Positions 58,730 through 64,000 of a stretch of 64,000 bases of DNA are shown here, piece after piece. This DNA comes from an uncultured Rhodobacterales bacterium (GTDB lineage: Bacteria; Pseudomonadota; Alphaproteobacteria; Rhodobacterales; Rhodobacteraceae), in assembly GCA_964352105.1 (NCBI GenBank), contig CAYGQQ010000002.1:7857-71856 (forward strand). Direction: 5' to 3'. How positions within the stretch are numbered: the stretch's first letter is position 1; the number at the start of each line of letters is the position of its first letter. The translations under genes and the position numbers were made by a program. The notes under the pieces were generated by a model. The model saw nothing but the letters and a program-made list of their open reading frames with translations, was not told the origin of the DNA and ran no database searches.

Positions 58730-61369
58730 CATCTCTTTCAAATTGTAAAGCAATTGCAGCGCCTCACGAGGCGTTAACGCATCCGGCAAAACGTCTGCTA
58801 ATGCATCTTCAACAGCCGAGGATTTTTGCGGCTGTTCGGGCGTCGGCTGCTGTGCGGAAAAAAGCGGTAGATCATCGATCAATGTTGCCTGTTTCCCGCC
58901 ACGTTCCCGCTCGCCTTTTTCCAAGGCGTCTAGAACGACGCGGGCCCTGTTAACAACGCTTTCGGGAAGGCCAGCGAGCTTGGCAACTTGTACGCCATAG
59001 GATCTGTCGGCCGCACCGGAATGAACTTCATGCAGGAAGATTACGGCGCCTTCCCATTCGCGGACCGCGACCGTTGAATTGTCGACGCCAGAGAGTTTTC
59101 CGGCAAGTGCGGTTAATTCGTGATAATGGGTCGCAAACAACGCTCGGCACCGGTTTGCCTCATGCAAGTGTTCCAACGTTGCCCACGCAATGGAGAGCCC
59201 ATCATAAGTCGATGTCCCGCGGCCAATCTCATCAAGGATGACAAAGGCCCTGTTGTCAGCTTGGTTAAGGATCGCAGCGGTTTCGACCATTTCCACCATG
59301 AATGTTGATCTGCCCCGCGCCAGATCATCTGACGCCCCGACACGGCTAAAGACCTGTGACACCAGTCCGATACGCGCGGATTTCGCAGGCACAAAAGACC
59401 CCATTTGCGCAAGGATTGTGATGATCGCGTTTTGGCGCAGAAACGTGGATTTGCCCGACATATTCGGGCCGGTTAACAGATTTATTTTAGCGTCTTCTGC
59501 GCTGGCCGATAGATCACATGAGTTTGCAATGAATTGCGCCCCACTACCTGATCTTAGAGCCTGTTCCACCACAGGATGGCGTCCGTCAATGATTTCAAAG
59601 TCTCGTGACGCATCTACAACCGGACGGGCATATTCCAGATTTGCGGCAAGTTCAGCGAGACCGGCTGCCAGATCCAGCTCGGCGATGACTTGGGAGATTT
59701 GCCCAAGATCAGCGCTGTCATCTAAGATCCGTCCACGTAGATTTTCAAAGGCTTGTTTCTCCAGCTCGACGGCCTGACTGCCCGCGTTCAGAATTTTGGT
59801 TTCCAGCTCCGCAAGCGCAAGCGTAGTGAATCGCACCGCATTGGCGGTGGTTTGTCGATGAATAAAGGTTTCAGAAAGGGGCGTGGCCAACATTTTTCCA
59901 GCGTGGGTCGCCGGTGTCTCAATGAAATACCCCAGAACATTGTTGTGCTTAATCTTAAGTGCGGAAACACCAGAAAGCTGCGCATAGTCTTTCTGAAGTC
60001 CTGCAATCACTTTGCGTCCATCATCGCGCAGGTTCCGCGCCTCGTTCAGCTCGTCCGAATAGTCCGCGCTGATGAATCCCCCGTCTCTGGCTAGTAGTGG
60101 AGGTTCCTCAATCAGAAGAGCTTCCAACTCGGTTCTCAACGCTTCAAGCGAAGAGAGGGTTTGAGAGCTTTTTGTGAATAGATCAGGGGGGTTTTCGGTT
60201 TTGAGTGCGTCTGAAAGTGTCTCCGCTGCGCGCAATCCATCGCGGATTGCGGTCAGATCGCGTGGTCCCCCGCGCTCCATCGAAAGACGCGACAACGCGC
60301 GCTCGATATCTGGCGTCTTTCTGAGGGTTTCACGGGTAGAGCTGCGTGTCGGGGTGCTCTGAAGAAACCACTCAAGCCCGTCCAGCCGAAGGTTAATATC
60401 AGATATCTCGGTAGAGGGGCTGGCGAGGCGCCGATCAAGAAGCCGGCCGCCACCAGGCGTTAGCGTTCTGTCAATGGCATCGATCAATGATCCCTTCCGT
60501 CCGCCGTTCAGGCTTTGCGTAAGCTCCAGGTTTCTACGCGTCGCGGCATCTATTTGCAGCGCTTTGCCAGAAGCCTCTCTGACCGGGGGCCGGATGAGCG
60601 GCAGCTTGCCTTTCTGGGTGATCTCCAGATAGTCGATAATGCCCCCTAGGGCAGAGATTTCCGTGCGGGAAAACTGCCCAAAGGAGTCAAGTGAATCGAC
60701 ACTAAACAAGCTTAAAAGCCTATTTTCAGAAGATTTTGAATCGAAGCTTGATCTTGACAGAGAGGCCAAAACAGCACCGCTTTCTTCTACGACTTCCCGC
60801 ACCTTTTCCGCTGTGTCTTCAGCAACGATAACCTCGCTTGGCGCAAGCCGGGCAAGGTCTGGTGATAGCTTAACCAAGGGGCACTCGCAGACCCGAAACT
60901 CACCGGTGGAGATATCAACCCACGCCAACGCGAACCCGCCCCGAATTTCTGCATAGGCCGCCAAGAAATTATTGCGCCGCGCGTTTAGCAGCGTGTCTTC
61001 TGTTAACGTTCCGGGGGTAACCAGGCGAACGACGTCGCGTTTGACAACGGATTTGGAGCCACGTTTCTTAGCCTCTGCAGGGCTTTCCAGTTGTTCGCAC
61101 ACCGCAACGCGAAATCCCTTACGGATAAGTGTCAGAAGGTAGTTCTCTGCAGCGTGGACGGGCACGCCGCACATCGGAATATCGTCGCCAAGGTGTTTTC
61201 CGCGCTTGGTTAACGCGATATCGAGCGCTTCGGCAGCTGCAACCGCGTCCTCAAAGAACATCTCGTAGAAATCGCCCATACGATAGAACAACAAGGCGTC
61301 AGCGTGCCGCTCTTTGATCTCCAGAAATTGCGCCATCATGGGCGTCACAGATGGATTTTGTGCGTTCAA
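58715..61369 (-). CDS. mutS: DNA mismatch repair protein MutS
   Basis: TPMMAQFLEIKERHADALLFYRMGDFYEMFFEDA and Walker A GPNMSGKST; 884 aa. Confidence 0.97.
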   Translation of the reverse strand: MNAQNPSVTPMMAQFLEIKERHADALLFYRMGDFYEMFFEDAVAAAEALDIALTKRGKHLGDDIPMCGVPVHAAENYLLTLIRKGFRVAVCEQLESPAEAKKRGSKSVVKRDVVRLVTPGTLTEDTLLNARRNNFLAAYAEIRGGFALAWVDISTGEFRVCECPLVKLSPDLARLAPSEVIVAEDTAEKVREVVEESGAVLASLSRSSFDSKSSENRLLSLFSVDSLDSFGQFSRTEISALGGIIDYLEITQKGKLPLIRPPVREASGKALQIDAATRRNLELTQSLNGGRKGSLIDAIDRTLTPGGGRLLDRRLASPSTEISDINLRLDGLEWFLQSTPTRSSTRETLRKTPDIERALSRLSMERGGPRDLTAIRDGLRAAETLSDALKTENPPDLFTKSSQTLSSLEALRTELEALLIEEPPLLARDGGFISADYSDELNEARNLRDDGRKVIAGLQKDYAQLSGVSALKIKHNNVLGYFIETPATHAGKMLATPLSETFIHRQTTANAVRFTTLALAELETKILNAGSQAVELEKQAFENLRGRILDDSADLGQISQVIAELDLAAGLAELAANLEYARPVVDASRDFEIIDGRHPVVEQALRSGSGAQFIANSCDLSASAEDAKINLLTGPNMSGKSTFLRQNAIITILAQMGSFVPAKSARIGLVSQVFSRVGASDDLARGRSTFMVEMVETAAILNQADNRAFVILDEIGRGTSTYDGLSIAWATLEHLHEANRCRALFATHYHELTALAGKLSGVDNSTVAVREWEGAVIFLHEVHSGAADRSYGVQVAKLAGLPESVVNRARVVLDALEKGERERGGKQATLIDDLPLFSAQQPTPEQPQKSSAVEDALADVLPDALTPREALQLLYNLKEMLSRG

Positions 61370-61483
61370 AGCATCCCCCGAAGCTAGCGAGATCAGCTTA
61401 CAAATAGCGCGCGCGGGACGAAAGGTCTAAACGGTTGCGTATCGAGCAGGTCAGACCATAGGTTTGGGGTAATCGGGAAGTGG

Positions 61484-62368
61484 GTGGCCAATATGACGAT
61501 TTATAACTTGGGATCGATCAACGCGGATTATTTTTATCGCGTGTCGCATTTGCCAAAGCCGGGAGAGACGCTGCAGGCAAACTCGCACGACTTCGGTTTG
61601 GGTGGGAAGGGGGCAAATCAGTCTGTCGCCGCTGCACGCGCTGGGAGGGAGGTCTTCCATATCGGTGGCGTGGGACCCGATGGCGATTGGATATTGAAGC
61701 GTTTAGAAACACATGGTGTGAAATGTGATCACATTGAGATGACCGATGTGCCAACCGGTCATGCGATTATCAATGTTGATGATCGGGGAGAGAACTCCAT
61801 CGTCCTATTTTCTGGATCAAACAGGGCTCTAAATGAAGAAAATGTAGCAGCTTCACTTGAGAAACTGAATGCGGGTGACTTGCTGCTTTTACAGAATGAA
61901 ACCAGTTTGACCGGACCTGCGGCAGCGCTCGCCAAGTCGCGGAAAGCGACGGTGATATACTCTGCGGCACCCTTTGAGTTGGGCGCCGTGTCAGAGATTC
62001 TTCCCTATTTAGATGTTTTGATCCTGAATGAAGTTGAGGCGCAACAATATCGGAGCTCGTTCAAGCAAGACGTGCAAAACAGCGGTGTTGATCATGTTGT
62101 GATCACAAAAGGACCTGATGGCGTTGATTACTGGTCAGCCGGACATGTAGAACATATTGCTGCAATTCCGGCCAATGCGGTTGATACAACCGGGGCCGGG
62201 GACTGTTTTGCTGGTTACTTTGCGGCTGGGATAGATGAGGGGAAGGGCTTCCAAGCGGCGATCCAATTAGGGGCCGCCGCTGCATCAATTAAGGTTGGTC
62301 GGCCTGGGACTTCTGATGCGTTCCCAAACAGGGAAGAGGTAGACGCTTTATTGGCCGCGCGAAACTAG
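61484..62368 (+). CDS. rbsK: ribokinase / PfkB family carbohydrate kinase
   Basis: [13 protein letters not shown] and PfkB signature [15 protein letters not shown]; 294 aa. The substrate assignment is tentative. Confidence 0.8.
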   Translation: MANMTIYNLGSINADYFYRVSHLPKPGETLQANSHDFGLGGKGANQSVAAARAGREVFHIGGVGPDGDWILKRLETHGVKCDHIEMTDVPTGHAIINVDDRGENSIVLFSGSNRALNEENVAASLEKLNAGDLLLLQNETSLTGPAAALAKSRKATVIYSAAPFELGAVSEILPYLDVLILNEVEAQQYRSSFKQDVQNSGVDHVVITKGPDGVDYWSAGHVEHIAAIPANAVDTTGAGDCFAGYFAAGIDEGKGFQAAIQLGAAAASIKVGRPGTSDAFPNREEVDALLAARN

Positions 62369-63507
62369 CTTTTCATCTCATCCCAGAAGGATTTCACCTT
62401 TGAGAAGAATTTCGACAGCTGCGGGTTATTTTCTGCGCTGAGCTCCTCAAATTCGCGAAGCAGCTCTTTCTGCTTTGACGTGAGGTTCACTGGCGTTTCT
62501 ACGGCAAGCTCAATGAACATATCACCAGTATTTCCGCCCCGTAGAGATGGCATTCCCTTGTTGCGCAGGCGCATTTGGCGGCCAGATTGGCTACCGGATG
62601 GAACTTTGACGCGGCTGCGACCACCGTCGATCGTGGGAACTTCGACGTCACCACCAATTGCGGCCGTAGTCATAGAAACAGGAACGCGGCAGAACAGGTC
62701 TACACCGTCGCGCTGGAACAGCTCATGATCCTCAACCTCAACAAAAATGTAGAGATCACCGGGTGTTCCGCCACGCAAACCAGATTCGCCTTCACCAGCA
62801 AGGCGGATGCGGGTCCCGGTTTCGACACCGGCAGGGATATTAACGCTCAAAGACCTGTCTTTTTGGGTACGCCCCGCACCATTGCAGGTTTTACATGGGT
62901 TGCTGATCACTTGACCGATGCCGGAGCAGGTCGGGCAAGTGCGCTCAACCGTGAAGAACCCTTGTTGCGCGCGAACCTTGCCCATTCCGGAGCAGGTTGG
63001 GCAGGTCATAGGCTCCGAGCCGCTTTCGGCGCCGGACCCATCGCAAGCACCACAAGAAACGGATGTTGGAACCGTGATTGCCTTCTGTGATCCAGCAAAC
63101 GCCTCTTCAAGGTCAATTCTCAGATTGTACCGCAGGTCTGAGCCGCGGGACGACCGTTGACGGCCGCCGCGTTGACCCCCGCCCATGAAGTCACCAAACA
63201 GGTCCTCGAATACGTCGGAGAATGCGCTTGAAAAGTCGCCACCACCAGCGCCACGAGGTCCCCCGCCACCGCCCATTCCGCCTTCGAACGCGGCATGGCC
63301 GTAGCGGTCATAGGCAGCTTTCTTATCGCCGTCTTTTAAAACCTCATAGGCTTCATTGGCGTCTTTGAACTGGGCTTCGGCATTTGGGTTGTCTGAATTT
63401 CGGTCCGGGTGAAGCTCTTTAGCTTTCGTGCGATAAGCTTTCTTGATCTCTTCCGGGGATGCCCCGCGTGAGATACCCAAAACCTCGTAATAATCGCGTT
63501 TCGCCAT
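62365..63507 (-). CDS. dnaJ: molecular chaperone DnaJ
   Basis: J domain (DYYEVLG...HPDRN), G/F region and four CxxCxGxG repeats; 380 aa. Confidence 0.97.
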   Translation of the reverse strand: MAKRDYYEVLGISRGASPEEIKKAYRTKAKELHPDRNSDNPNAEAQFKDANEAYEVLKDGDKKAAYDRYGHAAFEGGMGGGGGPRGAGGGDFSSAFSDVFEDLFGDFMGGGQRGGRQRSSRGSDLRYNLRIDLEEAFAGSQKAITVPTSVSCGACDGSGAESGSEPMTCPTCSGMGKVRAQQGFFTVERTCPTCSGIGQVISNPCKTCNGAGRTQKDRSLSVNIPAGVETGTRIRLAGEGESGLRGGTPGDLYIFVEVEDHELFQRDGVDLFCRVPVSMTTAAIGGDVEVPTIDGGRSRVKVPSGSQSGRQMRLRNKGMPSLRGGNTGDMFIELAVETPVNLTSKQKELLREFEELSAENNPQLSKFFSKVKSFWDEMKS

Positions 63508-63536
63508 GATTTAGAGCCTTTCCCTTAAACCAAGAA

Positions 63537-63567
63537 GACCGGCCGGACATGAAGTCCTTGGCCGGTC
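63537..63567 (-). terminator. stem-loop in the dnaK-dnaJ intercistronic spacer (possible partial terminator or mRNA stabiliser)
   Basis: GACCGGCC...GGCCGGTC inverted repeat with extra internal pairing (GGAC/GTCC). The minus-strand downstream tail TTCTTGGTTT is only moderately T-rich. Confidence 0.4.
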
Positions 63568-63588
63568 ATCAAGATTGGGCTGCGCAGG

Positions 63589-64000
63589 TTATCCGCGCCT
63601 GTCGCCGTCCAGATCTTCGAAGTCGGCGTCAACGATGTCCTCATCAACGCTGCGAGGATTGTCATCCTCTCCGTCTTCCGGAGCAGCCGCTTCATCTTGT
63701 TGAGACTTGTAGATCGCCTCCCCAAGTTTCATAGCGGCTTCGGTCAGATTCTGGATGCCACCTTTGATCTTGCCAGCGTCTTCAGTATCCAGAGTTTCCT
63801 CCAGAGCCTTCATCGCAAGTTCGATCACTTCGACCGTAGAGCCGTCAACTTTGTCGCCGTGATCTTCCAGCGACTTTTTAGTGCCGTGCAGCAGGCTTTC
63901 GGCTTGGTTCTTGGCTTCAACCAGCTCTTTCCGCTCCGCATCTGCTTCCGCGTTTGCTTCGGCGTCCTTCACCATTCGTTCGATGTCATCATCGGACAGC
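63589..64000 (-). CDS. dnaK: molecular chaperone DnaK, C-terminal part (5' end outside the window)
   Basis: The frame stays open to the window edge (...LSDDDIERMVKDAEANAEADAERKELVEAKNQAESL...), typical of the DnaK lid and acidic tail. Confidence 0.95.
   Translation of the reverse strand, partial: LSDDDIERMVKDAEANAEADAERKELVEAKNQAESLLHGTKKSLEDHGDKVDGSTVEVIELAMKALEETLDTEDAGKIKGGIQNLTEAAMKLGEAIYKSQQDEAAAPEDGEDDNPRSVDEDIVDADFEDLDGDRRG

Noticed and set aside
47000-62000. An impression that parts of the region right of the origin are more AT-rich than the left half, raising the idea of a genomic island.
   Set aside because: The impression rests on eyeballing a few lines, not a computed profile. 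Every gene there is core housekeeping in conserved order. No integrase, tRNA, direct repeats or mobility genes mark any boundary.

Overview
This window is a gene-dense stretch of core chromosome. It looks alphaproteobacterial, probably Rhodobacterales-like, which I infer from protein sequences and gene order rather than any search. I support about 70 CDS, almost all housekeeping:
- fadH; secA, argJ, mutT and hemH; grxC, ubiG and pip
- a four-gene peptide/opine-type ABC importer
- rimP-nusA-ylxR-infB; hslV and hslU; secB
- dnaQ-coaE-aroE-maf; hemJ and rho
- mnmE-mnmG-rsmG-parA-parB; hemW-rdgB-rph
- hrcA-grpE, mutS, dnaJ and the 3' end of dnaK

I found no rRNA, tRNA, CRISPR array, transposase, integrase, phage gene or recognisable defence gene.

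The strongest non-coding signals:
1. A candidate oriC at about 46785-47177. It has eight near-consensus DnaA boxes, AT-rich tracts and a switch in gene orientation.
2. Two perfect 16-bp parS palindromes (TGTTTCACGTGAAACA), at the mnmG translation start and inside the 5' end of rsmG.
3. A promoter-like element plus an intrinsic terminator just upstream of rimP, which could be an attenuator or a small RNA.
4. An AT-rich gap holding an exact TTAA-N7-TTAA (CtrA-type) site and a 40-codon ORF.
5. Four CCGAC(G/C) repeats phased at exactly 11 bp in a convergent intergenic gap.
6. An unannotated 43-codon membrane-peptide ORF with a strong RBS.

I cannot honestly point to a well-supported new multi-gene system. 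The best places for undescribed biology are the uncharacterised pairs at 225-1472 and 10083-12501, the DM13 gene splitting hslV from hslU, and the small ORFs and repeats above. Long antisense ORFs, including a 583-codon one opposite nusA, are rejected as shadow frames. All calls rest on reading the sequence and recalling family motifs; no database search was possible.
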